Program-made: the position numbers and the translations under genes
NCBI GenBank assembly: GCA_010093815.1
Contig: ML996565.1
Length of the DNA: 64,000 nt
Strand: one strand, 5' to 3'
Source of the DNA: Pseudovirgaria hyperparasitica
Taxonomy: Eukaryota
Notes under the pieces: generated by a model
The model's database searches: none
The model's input: only the letters and a program-made list of their open reading frames with translations
What the model was told of the DNA's origin: nothing
Part shown: positions 50,500-62,120 of the stretch, one piece after another
Layout: every line of letters starts with the position of its first letter
Numbering within the stretch: position 1 is the first letter of the stretch

Positions 50500-51490
50500 A
50501 TGATGACGAACAACGATCTAACCTTCACGACTCTTGGGTCTGGTGAGCGTCTGAAATGTCTATATGGGGAATATACAGCTAATATATTCAGGTGTAATGG
50601 GATGCGCTATTATGGGCGGAATCATGGCCTCGCTCATCGAGCTTCGCTCTGGCAAAGAGATCCCACAAGACGATACACCCTCCCACCTACCTGGCAAATT
50701 CATCGCTTGCGACATGCGCAAAGAAGCCGAAACTCAAGTTCAGAACGCCCTAGGACACTACAAGCTTCCCCTCACGACTCTCACAAACGAAAACCTCAGG
50801 GGCACAAAGGAGGCTGATATTATCTTGCTAGCCTGCAAACCCTGGGCATTCAAGGACGTGCTGGGCGCGGAGGGCATGAAGGAGGCGTTAGCTGGTAAGC
50901 TTCTGATCAGTATCCTGGCTGGTGTCACGGCGGAGCAGATCGAGGAGTTCTTGTATGACAACGATGCGTCGGCTCAATATAAGTGTCATATCGTAAAGGT
51001 CATGCCGAACACGGCTTCTATGGTCCGAGAAAGCACAACGGTGATTGCGGCACGGAATCCCCCGCTCCCAGAGACTCAGTTGACACTGGCTACTTGGATC
51101 TTCTCGAGGATAGGACGCGTAGCTCACCTTCCGGCTAGTGTCATGGACGCGGCGACTGCCTTGGTTGGCTCCGGGCCTGCTTTTGTGGCTGTCATGCTCG
51201 AGGCTATGGCTGATGGTGCAGTTGCTATGGGTATTCCCCGGGCTGAAGCCCAGATGATGGCGGCGCAGACTATGCGTGGAACTGCTGCTTTGGTGCTGAA
51301 CGGAGAACATCCTGCTATATTGAAGGACAAAGTTTGCACACCTGGTGGCTGCACTATTGGTGGAATTATGGCTATGGAGGAAGCTGGTGTCAGAGGCGGC
51401 GTGTCCAGAGCAATTAGAGAGGCCACAATGGTCTCCAGTAAGCTTGGCCAAGGAGTCGCAGGGTCAAACGTGAACGGAACTTGGAGGTGA
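50500..51490 (+). CDS. PRO3: Pyrroline-5-carboxylate reductase, ~313 aa, intron 50543-50591
   Basis: Spliced LGSGVMG dinucleotide-binding motif, ACKP, SILAGV, VMPNTA, GSGPAF, VCTPGGCTIGG. Confidence 0.96.
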
Positions 51491-51607
51491 AAAAGCAGGC
51501 ACGCCAACTTTGCCGCTTCGTGCTGAAGCCATTCGCAAGCATTCAATGCAGGAGGCTGCTGCTGTCACAGGATCTAACTCGCGTACATTCATAGCCTGGG
51601 TATGAGT

Positions 51608-53506
51608 TCAAGCGTCCAGCGCCTCCCGCAGTCCGTCCAGGACTTCTGATATGCCGGCCTGAGTATCCGCATCTAGACCATTAGCTTGTTGCTGAAGCCG
51701 ACTTACAACCACAATAAGCTTCAAAACCTCACTGTTGTATCTCGTGACCAAACGGCTTGGTGCTTTCGCCAGTAATGCGCCAATTAATTGACCCAGTGCC
51801 AAGAATATAGTGACTGTATCGTGACTTTGTACTTCAACGTCGTCACCATAACTTATCAGGGCCCTCAAAAGATAAAGCCAGCTCTCTATAGATTGTGAGA
51901 CTTGGACCGACTCCACTACAGGCAGGAGCACCCTGACCATGCTTAGCACTGATGGGGAGTCGGACTGTGTCCTCGTCTTGATACCGTTGAGAACAGCAAT
52001 GAGGTCTGCGAACAATATGTTTGCCCCATCGAGTTCCAGGAATTGTTGCACTCCATCGTCCGTGGCGACGATGCCCTCGCACGCGACAAGTATAGCTTCC
52101 TTTGGGCCTTGTTCAATTTCATACAGAGCCACGAGAATATCGACAAGTCCAGTAGCTTCTTTTCGAAGCTGATCGTTATCGTCCTCTCGAAGCCAGATAC
52201 CGAGTGTTCGGAGACCAGCTATAATTATTGGATCTTCAGTTAGAAGAAATATGGGATTATCCCAGGTGAGACTCAAGTGGCCTTGGGACAGAATCGATCC
52301 TTGAGTTGGTGCTGCTCGGGCTGAAGAATGCAATCCCGCAGTTCCAGCTACAGACGCATCCCACCGGTCACGAAAGAATTCAATCGTGAGTGACATGGTT
52401 TCGGCGATCTCTTTGCGTAGTTTAAGGAGTAAATCAGGTGATATGTCAATGAAAACCGATTGCGAGGTCTCATTGTCTCGTTCCATGGTTTGCAGGAGGG
52501 AAAATATGAATTTTCCAAGTACATCGTAGTTTGCTGCAAGCTGTAAGGCGGTCTGCGGGTAAGATTCCGATGCTAAACTTTCCATCAAACCAGGTATAGT
52601 TGCTTTAATATCAACAATGAGAAGAATGATATATGTATATGAGAACGGACGGTCGATCCTTTGGACTTCCGAAGATCTAGGAAAGAAAGGTTCGATTTCA
52701 GCAGAAAGATAGAAGAGCTTCTGCAGTATTCGTGTTGCACTGTTCAATGTCTTACGGTTCGGTCGTTCTTCTATCGTCTTACGAATAAGATGAATTGTGT
52801 CCTCCACAAACGGCTCTTTCTGTGGTGCGATTGACCAATCGGTATCAGAATATGCATGCACATCATCTAACACCTCATCGATGATTTGCAAAGCCTTGAA
52901 AGGTATTTGAGATCTCATGAAAGCCTGACTCGAGTTTGATTTGGCAAATAGACTCATCGTTCCATACCATTCGGACCAAGCCGCCTTTCCCGTAGTGATA
53001 AAAGCACTCCGGACGACCTTGTCAGCAAGCTGGTCATTGTGCCATGCGCTTAGAAATGTGTTGCACCCGCCACCTAACATGCCCAGTATGGTCTTTGCTG
53101 CAGCTTCCCACCTGGTAAGGCTATTCATAGCATGGAAAATCGAAGCCCACATAGCAGAAGGTGTGTATCGCAATGTCGTAGTAAGCCCAAGTATGAGGTC
53201 CCTAGGTTCTGGCTCGTCCATAGCTTCTAGTGGCAGAAGGCTGGCGAATGCTTCAACTACTCCAACCGCTATCTGTCGCATGCTCCGTTCTTCATTATCA
53301 GTGCGCTTCTCACGATTAGTTTTCATAATGAGGACACGGTGAAGCCAGCGCGTCGAAATGGCTTTCCAGCATTGTGTAAGAACACCTGGATCGTTGCGCA
53401 AGCTGTCCTGACTATCGAGCAGGCTTTTCAATAGCGACAACCCGACAAATTTTGAGGTGTCATTCTTAGTCTTCAGCAAGCTGAATATTTGGTCCAAGGC
53501 AGCCAT
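51608..53506 (-). CDS. Neurochondrin-like (DUF1941) ARM-repeat protein, 632 aa
   Basis: N-terminal LLKTKNDTSKFVGLSLLK and RDRWDASVAG / LGIWLREDDNDQLR segments recalled from this fungal family; long intronless helical ORF. Confidence 0.7.
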   Translation of the reverse strand: MAALDQIFSLLKTKNDTSKFVGLSLLKSLLDSQDSLRNDPGVLTQCWKAISTRWLHRVLIMKTNREKRTDNEERSMRQIAVGVVEAFASLLPLEAMDEPEPRDLILGLTTTLRYTPSAMWASIFHAMNSLTRWEAAAKTILGMLGGGCNTFLSAWHNDQLADKVVRSAFITTGKAAWSEWYGTMSLFAKSNSSQAFMRSQIPFKALQIIDEVLDDVHAYSDTDWSIAPQKEPFVEDTIHLIRKTIEERPNRKTLNSATRILQKLFYLSAEIEPFFPRSSEVQRIDRPFSYTYIILLIVDIKATIPGLMESLASESYPQTALQLAANYDVLGKFIFSLLQTMERDNETSQSVFIDISPDLLLKLRKEIAETMSLTIEFFRDRWDASVAGTAGLHSSARAAPTQGSILSQGHLSLTWDNPIFLLTEDPIIIAGLRTLGIWLREDDNDQLRKEATGLVDILVALYEIEQGPKEAILVACEGIVATDDGVQQFLELDGANILFADLIAVLNGIKTRTQSDSPSVLSMVRVLLPVVESVQVSQSIESWLYLLRALISYGDDVEVQSHDTVTIFLALGQLIGALLAKAPSRLVTRYNSEVLKLIVVVSRLQQQANGLDADTQAGISEVLDGLREALDA

Positions 53507-53879
53507 CTATTAGTTGACAACCTGCCTGCGAAATGATTGAAACGAGAAATGTGTCAACGGTTATGGTTGTCAAATCTTCTGATTACTAATATTGCTGCCT
53601 TACCTAGGTAGGTACTAATTAGGGACCAAAGGCCGTAGAATTATCGATGTTACGATCTCACGTTCGTCCTCAATAGAACGACTTTCCCGGCTAAACACAT
53701 ACTTCACACGATACTGTCGCATCGCACTCCGTGCTTAGTTACCTTGGCCCTGCCTATCTACAACTCCAAATTTCCATCCAACATTTACTGCCTGGCCCAG
53801 CTCGCCACCAACCCCGAAACCTATAATCTGCGAACTCTCTACGCGCCTTCGATACAAACTTCAGCTAACATACCACGTC

Positions 53880-54809
53880 ATGTCCTCGGACACAGCAGCG
53901 GTCGAGCTAAACACTTCTGTCACGTTCAAGAAGCGCGGTGCGAGGACCAATGCGCGTAAACGCCCAGCATCTCCAGTTGAGATTGCTCAAACCACAATAG
54001 ACGACGCAGACAGTGGTGACGATCTTCGTATCAAGCGTCACAAAGTTGGCAAGAACCTAATATCCTCTACTACATCCGATACGAAAGTCCACAGTATCTT
54101 CACAGAAGGCACATCGAATTTCAAGTCCGAGCGAACTTCTGCCATCACAGCAAACAACGATGCGACTAAACACTCAGATTGGTACGAGGACGATGGCTTC
54201 AGAAACCCGAATCACAAGAACATCACGTCCAGTACATCAAGTGGTACGAAGACAACAGACGCAAATCCGAACCCACTCGTACCAAGCCACACAAAAGCGC
54301 CTGCGAAGTTCGCTGGGCCAATAAAGGCAGCCAAGAACGTCCGCACAATTATCATAACAGACTTTGCACCCGACGTGTGCAAAGACTACAAGAAGACCGG
54401 TTTCTGTGGATTCGGAGATTCGTGCAAGTATCTGCATCAACGTGAAAATTACGCCGCTGGTCACACACTAGACGCCGATTGGGATAAAAAGACTAAAGAA
54501 GAGCGAGAAGGTGGTACAATTGTTGCTAGTGCGAATCGAAGACTCCTTGAGACAACGAACTGCAAAGAGTCAGTGGAGGACCCAGAGGTCAAGGCGAGCA
54601 AAGAGCCCTGCAGGATTTGTAATGGACCTTACCGGGAGCCTGTCCGGACCAAGTGCGGGCACTATTTCTGCTTGAAGTGTGCTAATCCTGCGCCTAATGT
54701 AACAGGAATGTGCCCTCATCATGGAGACAAACCCTTAAAAATAGAATCGTCATTCACATTTGCTAAGAAGCTCGCAAAATTGGTGGCAAAGCGCGAATAT
54801 CCTGTCTAG
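53880..54809 (+). CDS. CWC24: Pre-mRNA splicing factor CWC24 (CCCH + RING)
   Basis: TDFAPDVCKDYKKTGFCGFGDSCKYLHQRE CCCH finger; CRIC..KCGHYFCLKC RING; NNDATKHSDW. Confidence 0.93.
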   Translation: MSSDTAAVELNTSVTFKKRGARTNARKRPASPVEIAQTTIDDADSGDDLRIKRHKVGKNLISSTTSDTKVHSIFTEGTSNFKSERTSAITANNDATKHSDWYEDDGFRNPNHKNITSSTSSGTKTTDANPNPLVPSHTKAPAKFAGPIKAAKNVRTIIITDFAPDVCKDYKKTGFCGFGDSCKYLHQRENYAAGHTLDADWDKKTKEEREGGTIVASANRRLLETTNCKESVEDPEVKASKEPCRICNGPYREPVRTKCGHYFCLKCANPAPNVTGMCPHHGDKPLKIESSFTFAKKLAKLVAKREYPV

Positions 54810-57656
54810 ATGGATGATAGATATACAACTCAAGATACCCAAGTTATGTTAGTACACTTTACGTTCATTGTGTACCATGAAATCGAACGAAAATACGTGC
54901 CTAACAAAAAGTTCTAGTGTGAAAATAAAAAAATGTTTTTATATGCAAACTCAGATATGATACTGGACAACACAGGCTAAGAAGGTCAAATAGGAAGGGC
55001 TCCAATCCTGTGACTAGCAAATTCTGGGTAGTCGAGGACATTTCAGGCATATTTCAGGCAGTGAAGTGTCCCCAGACGGTGGGTAGGTACTTGCGGCGGT
55101 GAACCTCCCTCCATCTACCGCCTGGGATGGATGCTCACTCCCCCATTAGCGCAGCTGCTGTGTTGTGGTAAGGCGTCCGGTATCTCTAACGCAAAAGCAC
55201 GAGTCCCAAGGATCCCTTACCATTGCAGCATCAGGCACTTTTGATGGTCCTCAAACACAGAACCCGCCAGATGGCTCCTTCTTGCATGAGTCCGTTCGCT
55301 CTGCTTCCCTCCGGCTGCCCTTATGCTCCTGTGGACTATTCCGGAACGACTCAGTGATCAGGCCTTAGGTACAAGGTTGACTACTTTCCGCTTTTACGGT
55401 GTTCAAGCTGACAACATCTAGAGCTCTCAGGTGACTCAACTCCCAATCCTCATCGTCTCACTTGACCTCTTCAATACGCTTAATTTCCCATCCACTCACT
55501 ACCTAGTCACAGTCAGTTTTGCCTCGGCATAGTTGAAGTCGTTTCTGCACCAGGATCCGTGAAAATCGTTCTGACACCGGACATACCACGTGGTAGATTA
55601 GATTGACTTCATTATCCTTCGAGAACAATATTCAAGAAGGCGCAAGCAAGGTCTTACTAGCCCGGTCTCCGTCCATGCACTCGGTCCACGACGACTCCAC
55701 AACTTCCAAGTTACATCTCGCGAGAGCGATTGGTCATAATGCTCCGAGGGTCAAACCTAATCTACAACTGGCGAAGGGTCCGGAGCAATCTCAACATTCT
55801 CAAACGTTTTACTGGCCATTACGCCGGTACCAAAACAGAAACCGCGACCCCTCAAACCTTTCCACTCGTTCTGTCAGTACCACAGACTAGAGTTTTGATG
55901 CCCCGTTTAGTTGTTTACGACAGAGCTCACCGAGACGCACTTGATTAGAGGAGGATCCAGTCCCGTTCATTTCAGACACCATGAAATATGACACAGCTCA
56001 ATAATAACATCCATGTGACCTACCTCAGGCCTAAGAGTTAGCAAGACAATGATACAGACAAGGAAGATGATAAAATGCGTAAACGCATGAGAAATAGAAC
56101 AAATAGACCTCAACGTTGCCTTTCATATGTGCGGATGCAATCATTGGTGTTGCGACCTAGATCTCCGTCCGCATGACTGGTAGTGCAGAACAGGTATAGC
56201 TTCATCTGTGACATAAGACCCAGCCGTCTTATTAATTGGCCTAACAGAGATGACATGGTCATAGTCTCCACCAACTCATGTAAAGAACTCCAGATCCATT
56301 CCATCGTATCGGTTGTACAGGTCCATGTAAGCAAGAAATCGCGTGTGACCAAGACACACATACAACCTATGAATCATTAGGTTGGTCCCTATCCTCTACA
56401 ATAGATGTGATAATGGGGTCAACGCCTGCAGTCAACATTATACAAGCTAATCCATCTCTTTGCTGTTTTCAACGGTCGGGCTTTGCCTTCAACTGCTAAG
56501 CTGCCACAGCCGTAGACGTCCAGAGGCCCGAGACTCATGCAAAGCTTGTTACTGGGCTTGGAGTGGATGTATGACATCCTGAGTGTGTCATCAGATACAC
56601 CCTTCAGAAGATTCCTTTGATCACCTGTTTGTGAAGCGGTACCTAGAAATTCTTGATAGACCCTGGAACATTTTTGATGCCGCTGCTAACGCTACCAAAG
56701 AGTATTACGGACGAGTGATTATCATCTCATGCTGTGTGACTGAACATGCGCAACGCGTAGCTGCACTCACAGGCACGTGAAAGGAATGCTAAGGCTCTAT
56801 TACTACCCTCGGAGTGACGTGATCTACATGCCTTCTCGAATGACTTTGCCACGAACCAACAACATTAGAAGTTATGGGAACTCCCATCGCTGGCACTGAC
56901 GATAAGAAGGTGTGGAAAGCGAAAAATTCGTAAGAACCGCTACCATGTAGTCGAAAATGTTGATCATCGGTCATGTGGATTATCGGAAGGTGGAGCGAGG
57001 TCAGCAAACGTAATGGAATTGCATCTTCCTGTAGAAAAGTGACTAGCAGGAGACGACTACATATGGAATTTATACTCGGACCACGATCTAATCATTTCTG
57101 AACTCGACTTAATCGTGCCATATCCTCTTCGTAGTCCTGTCAACGACCCCTTGAGAGCGTCATCAACGACGTCCATACGCGTATGACTCAAGCATAATCG
57201 AGATTGTGTTATGGAATGGCTCTATCGACCCGTGCTGGTTTTACAGCTGTTTATATTATCAGAACCTTGGCTGCCAACGCTCTGGTACTGAGACGAAGCA
57301 CATGCCGCATCTCGATGAACTCCTTCGCATTTTGTCGAATGAACGCGGCGAATCAATACAGACCCACGACTCAGCAGGTGTTTTAGGGCGACCTTAACAT
57401 GAGGTATATTTACTTCTAGATTCTTAAGTATCGATATAAAGATCTTCGATAGTATGTATGATGATAGATACTTATGTCAACGGAATCAAAGGTAGTAAAG
57501 ACTAGGGGTAACCCCTATGGAGGTGTATATATAATCTACATGGAGGCCTTATTAGAAGGACGAGAAAGTAGTCTACCATGTTCTGCACTTCAACCCATCA
57601 TTCATCGTCTATATGTAGCCTCAATGACTCAAGAATTCAAGAATGAGTACTTAACA

Positions 57657-57675
57657 CCCCCCCCCCCCCCCCCCC
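57657..57675. repeat. Poly-C (C19) homopolymer
   Basis: 19 consecutive C in intergenic DNA. Confidence 0.9.
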
Positions 57676-58017
57676 AAAAGGTTTCGAAGCAATGCGACTG
57701 TAATCCACTGTAAGCAGGTACGTGGCCTTCCACTCGAATGGCGTCTGTGGTATTGGAAGTTGCACTAGTAAGGTGATTGCATAGAAGTGGAAGAAGCTCA
57801 AGGCCAGGCCAGGCTGAATACGATCGAGATTGGTAATTTAAGAGAGCAAACCGAGTCACTCCTGTCGGGCCTTGTTTGTTGTACTATGGTTTTCAAGCCA
57901 TTATTACCTGTACCGGATGCTTTGATACTGTAGTCAGAGTAGTCCCAGACTGTATGTGACATGGCATCTTTCACTAATCCTTCAATTAAGATTCGTAGCC
58001 AATATGCCACGTTCCGG

Positions 58018-59017
58018 TCAGCGGGGTCGACCACCTGGTCTGTATGTCGATCGCGTTATAACTCCTGCCTTCCATTCACGATCACTAAGCTTGAAGCCAT
58101 AGTCTCCCAAATGAGCCAGTAGACCAAAGAATGCTATATGAACATTAATAAAGGTCAATTAAGCAAACCGGCGTATTTACCATAGTTATCCGCATTCATC
58201 AGCGCCTGCCCCGTAGGTTTTCTAATTATATTGTGCCACCAATATGGGTCTGGGGGCACATCAAGAACTATTTAGATTTGTTAGCAAGATACCTACCAGT
58301 AACATAGGTGTATAAGATATTAAACCTACTTCCAAAATCAGGAAGATGGGTGAACTCGTGTAGAACGGTAACACTGGCAGTATCGTACGGGTTCATCGAA
58401 CTCCACTCCGGATTGTACATTAGGCTCCCCAATGACCAATCGAAATAGTCATGGTGTGCTATGGTTGACCTAGTTCTGCTCACCCCTATGTTGCAGATCG
58501 TCACTTGGGCGAGGCCCGTGGAAAACAGGGGGTGATGGTTAGGAGCTTTGTATGTGACGGCACTAGTAGAACCATCCTTACATGATGGTCTGCCTACGAA
58601 TCGAAAATGAGGGTCGTTCACATCGAACCACTCCTGAGTACCACCAGGGAATGTTGCTTGGCCCGGCACTGGTTGCCAGCGAGCGTCATTATCGCAGTAG
58701 ATGATTGTATTACTCTCTTCCCGACTAAGGACCTCTTTTATGTTTGCGATGCCATACATAATTCGGCGCACATGCTCGACAGCTCTTCGGTCATTTATAG
58801 TGGTGTGATAGATGCGTGAGAAGAGAATTTGGATGTCGGGATCGTTGGCAGCATTGCTGAGCCGATCGTAGCTCCGTTGCGCCATTAGTATTGCTTCAGC
58901 TATTGCTTCAGTGGCCATTGGCATGGCATAGCAATCGTAATCAACCCAATAGTGCACCGCAGCAAGACAAGGGGAGCAGATAAGGGCAAAGACCGCGAGT
59001 AGTGTCCCAGACACCAT
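58018..59017 (-). CDS. Secreted HEXXH+D zinc metalloprotease-like protein (M35/aspzincin-like), ~296 aa, 3 exons (introns 58268-58329, 58134-58180)
   Basis: Signal peptide MVSGTLLAVFALICSPCLA; VTIC, TVLHEFTHL, spliced ILDVPPDPYW and ALMNADNYAFFG. Confidence 0.82.
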
Positions 59018-59565
59018 TTTTAAGAAAACGAAAGGGAGAAAGGTGTTCCGGGCCAAAAAAACAATGGAAATACAGGAAACTTATACTATACACAATTCTT
59101 TCGACGCTTCACAAAGCCTAGACTATCACAGGTACAAAAATATGACGTTGACCTTGGCTAGCATGTCAGTGTCAGGATTCCAATTCGCGTTTCAGCCTTG
59201 TGGGGCGTGATAAAGAATTTAAGAAAAGACATCGTCCGCGCAAATCCGGAAGTGCGCTATACGACAATAATTTCATAGCATAGAAATGCTGCAGCCAATG
59301 ATACTCTATCGATAGAAGACATGCTGCGTTCCATCCACTTCCCACGGTATCCACTCTATCTGCGAACCCACGTCTTAGTGGTTAGATAGCGTGGAGAACA
59401 TACGAGTCATAATTTTCTTGAGGCAGATGTTACATCCGTAAAAAGGAAGCCGGAGTGAAGACTTTTAGCATGCAGGGACATACCGGTCTAGTAATTTCGT
59501 AATCCCAATATAGGTCTCCGGGATCTCGTATCCGGGAATTGTTTGACTGAGGACCATTCTCCATT

Positions 59566-60729
59566 TCATCCGGGTTGGATTGAGGCCAGAGCTGTGTTTG
59601 AACAAACGTGATGAAAGGTCATGGACGTCTCCTTAAGTTTTGGTTGATTGTATTTGCCTTTCCTTTTGCCCCCTGCTTGCTTAATCCGATCCGTCTTTGT
59701 TAGGGCCATCAACTCGCCGCGAAACTTCTGCCGGTGTCTTGCAGCTGCGCAGCCCTCACTTGTGGCTTCTTGACAGGCACCCCGACCGTTGTGATGTTTT
59801 TTGATTGATACAGGATGATCGGTCATCCAACGGCGGAGTTGGGTCTCCAGCTTAGAACACCATGATTGTTCTCCTGAGCGCAGTTCTTGATGTGTGATTG
59901 CTAATCGAGCACCTTTTACGCCGTCAGCAGCATCCACAACGAATTCTGCTTGTCTCGTTCTTTTCAAAGACGTCATACAAGCAGCAGAGTCGCATGCGAT
60001 CCCTAAATCATGTGCAAAACTACGCACATAGAACCCGGAAGAGACACTTAGTCTAATGCGAGCAGTAGGTGCCATGGTTAGTAGAGCATCTTCGGGCAAG
60101 ACGAGTGCATGCTCGCGAGACCCCGTGAAGCTGAGGAGTATGCAATCGTCGACATGCACCGATCGACTCGCTAGTTTAATAGGTAGCTCCTTGCCAGCTC
60201 GAATGTACTCGCATGCCTTTATGCCATTTACTTTCAACGCACTATAGATCGGAGGAGTCTGTTGAAAAGTGCCAAGGAAATGAGGCAATTCACGATTGAC
60301 AAGTTCAGCCGTGACATGCGAACAGTTCGCTGTCCCGGTGACGGTTCCATCAGTATCGTACGTATCTGTACTCTTCCCGAATGCAACTACTGTCTCGTAC
60401 GTCTTGTCACAACCAAGATATTCTGCCAAGTATTTTGTTCCTCGACCAATCCCAACGATGATGATGCCAGATGCAAGAGGGTCAAGGGTGCCGCCGTGAC
60501 CCATTTTGAAGTATCGACCATCTCTTTCTTCATCTTTCTGCTTCTGACCTGGAGGCTGGTGAAGCTCTTCTTCAGCACGCTTTCGACGCGTTTCCTCTAA
60601 TGTGTGCTTGAATAATTCTGATCCAGCGAAGATGGACTGGAGCTCTAACAGAAATTGACCAGTGGAGATTCCTGGTGGCTTTGTGACTGCGAAGATGCCT
60701 TCGATGACCGCTTTGGGGTAGTGTGCCAT
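59566..60729 (-). CDS. PUS4: TruB/Pus4-family tRNA pseudouridine(55) synthase
   Basis: FAVTKPPGIS, MGHGGTLDPLASG (catalytic Asp), KTYETVV, TDTYDTDG, QTPPIYSALK, VSSGFYVRSFAHDLG; ortholog versus paralog status not determined. Confidence 0.85.
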   Translation of the reverse strand: MAHYPKAVIEGIFAVTKPPGISTGQFLLELQSIFAGSELFKHTLEETRRKRAEEELHQPPGQKQKDEERDGRYFKMGHGGTLDPLASGIIIVGIGRGTKYLAEYLGCDKTYETVVAFGKSTDTYDTDGTVTGTANCSHVTAELVNRELPHFLGTFQQTPPIYSALKVNGIKACEYIRAGKELPIKLASRSVHVDDCILLSFTGSREHALVLPEDALLTMAPTARIRLSVSSGFYVRSFAHDLGIACDSAACMTSLKRTRQAEFVVDAADGVKGARLAITHQELRSGEQSWCSKLETQLRRWMTDHPVSIKKHHNGRGACQEATSEGCAAARHRQKFRGELMALTKTDRIKQAGGKRKGKYNQPKLKETSMTFHHVCSNTALASIQPG

Positions 60730-60889
60730 GCTATCTTTATTTGTCCCACGACAATCTGTAAGTAGACCTGTTTTACACGCTCATCTGATATCGTGGAAAG
60801 ACAGAAGTGGGAAATAGCATGCCTTATCCGATTGCTCGTCAGGTGACAATACGATTTGAGAGATACGTGGAAATCTCTAATATTTGTAT

Positions 60890-61500
60890 AACGCTAGAAC
60901 TGTAGCCTAGGGTTTCAAATACTTGTTAGAGGACCTATATTGCCCATAGAATGGTGCGTTATTCCCTTAAGATAATACTAGGTACGTTTTTTTTAGGCAG
61001 GAAAAATGCGCCTGCGCCATTCTTAGTAAGCCTGGAACGAGTGTACCTGTGCTAAAGTAGTATCTATTAAGCTATTGATATTAGAAAGATAGACTATGTC
61101 AATGTAGTCTATTTCCCTTATTTCTTTTATCTCTACTATCTATTATATACTAGTATACCTATATTATTAGGGAGACGCCGCTACATAAAGTATCACGTGA
61201 CCTGGCCTATCTAATATTGTGATTTTCATGCTTAATAATGTGTAATCAGCCACTGGGTAATGACTAGAGTTGAATCGCGTTATGACGAGTCATAGTAAGA
61301 TTATTATATAATTAATTGGTTCTTATATAAGCTAACCCTCTAAACGTTAAATAGCTACTACCATATTAAGACTACCTAGGCAAGTCCTTAATTATCACTA
61401 ATTATTAAAGGCCTTTCTCTTAACATCCACACTATATCTATTTTATAACTTAGTATAATAATAAATACTTAAAACAAGATAATTCATTAATCTCATGGTT
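60890..61500. mobile_element. AT/TpA-rich degenerate repeat relic, probably a RIP-mutated transposon fragment
   Basis: Abrupt AT and TpA enrichment relative to the flanks, no ORF, imperfect inverted repeats at 60948-61023 and 61089-61112; boundaries approximate. Confidence 0.5.
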
Positions 61501-62120
61501 TTACATAAACAAAGCTGCTATTTCAATAGGGCAGAGAAACCCTATCGTTATATCGAGAAGTATATCTCTTATCAGAATAAGTCCACATCTCTTGTATACC
61601 GTGCTGGACAACAAGAAGATGCCAGGGCTATAATTCAAATCGCCACTACCATCGAATTCATCGTGCATACTATATTTCACTCATCTATTCTTTGCTTGAA
61701 AGAGCTAGGCGACCGTGAAGGATCGATCCGCCTCTGCGCGAATTCTCATGGGAAGTCCGGCATCATGCCGAGCTCACGACAATGAAACTTCCAACCACGC
61801 AAGCCTTTGTAAGCATCCTGCTTTATCATCGAATCCTTCTCTGCAATCAATAGTGGGAAGTATGCTTTCATGGTCACATGCGTTTAATCTGATTGAATAG
61901 CCTCGTGGGTTTTTCTGGCGGTCTGACTAGTCAACAATTGGTGGCTTCACGCGATACTAGAGAGAATACCTCCTCCGACAATGGTTTTGTTAAGACTAAG
62001 GGGGCAGTTCTAGGTTTAGTCGCCACATCTGCCTTGGATCAATCACTCGGCCGTGTCCCAGTGTATAAATACCTCGATAGGTTCACTTCCCCCATCATAA
62101 CCAGCACTCAACTGAACAGG

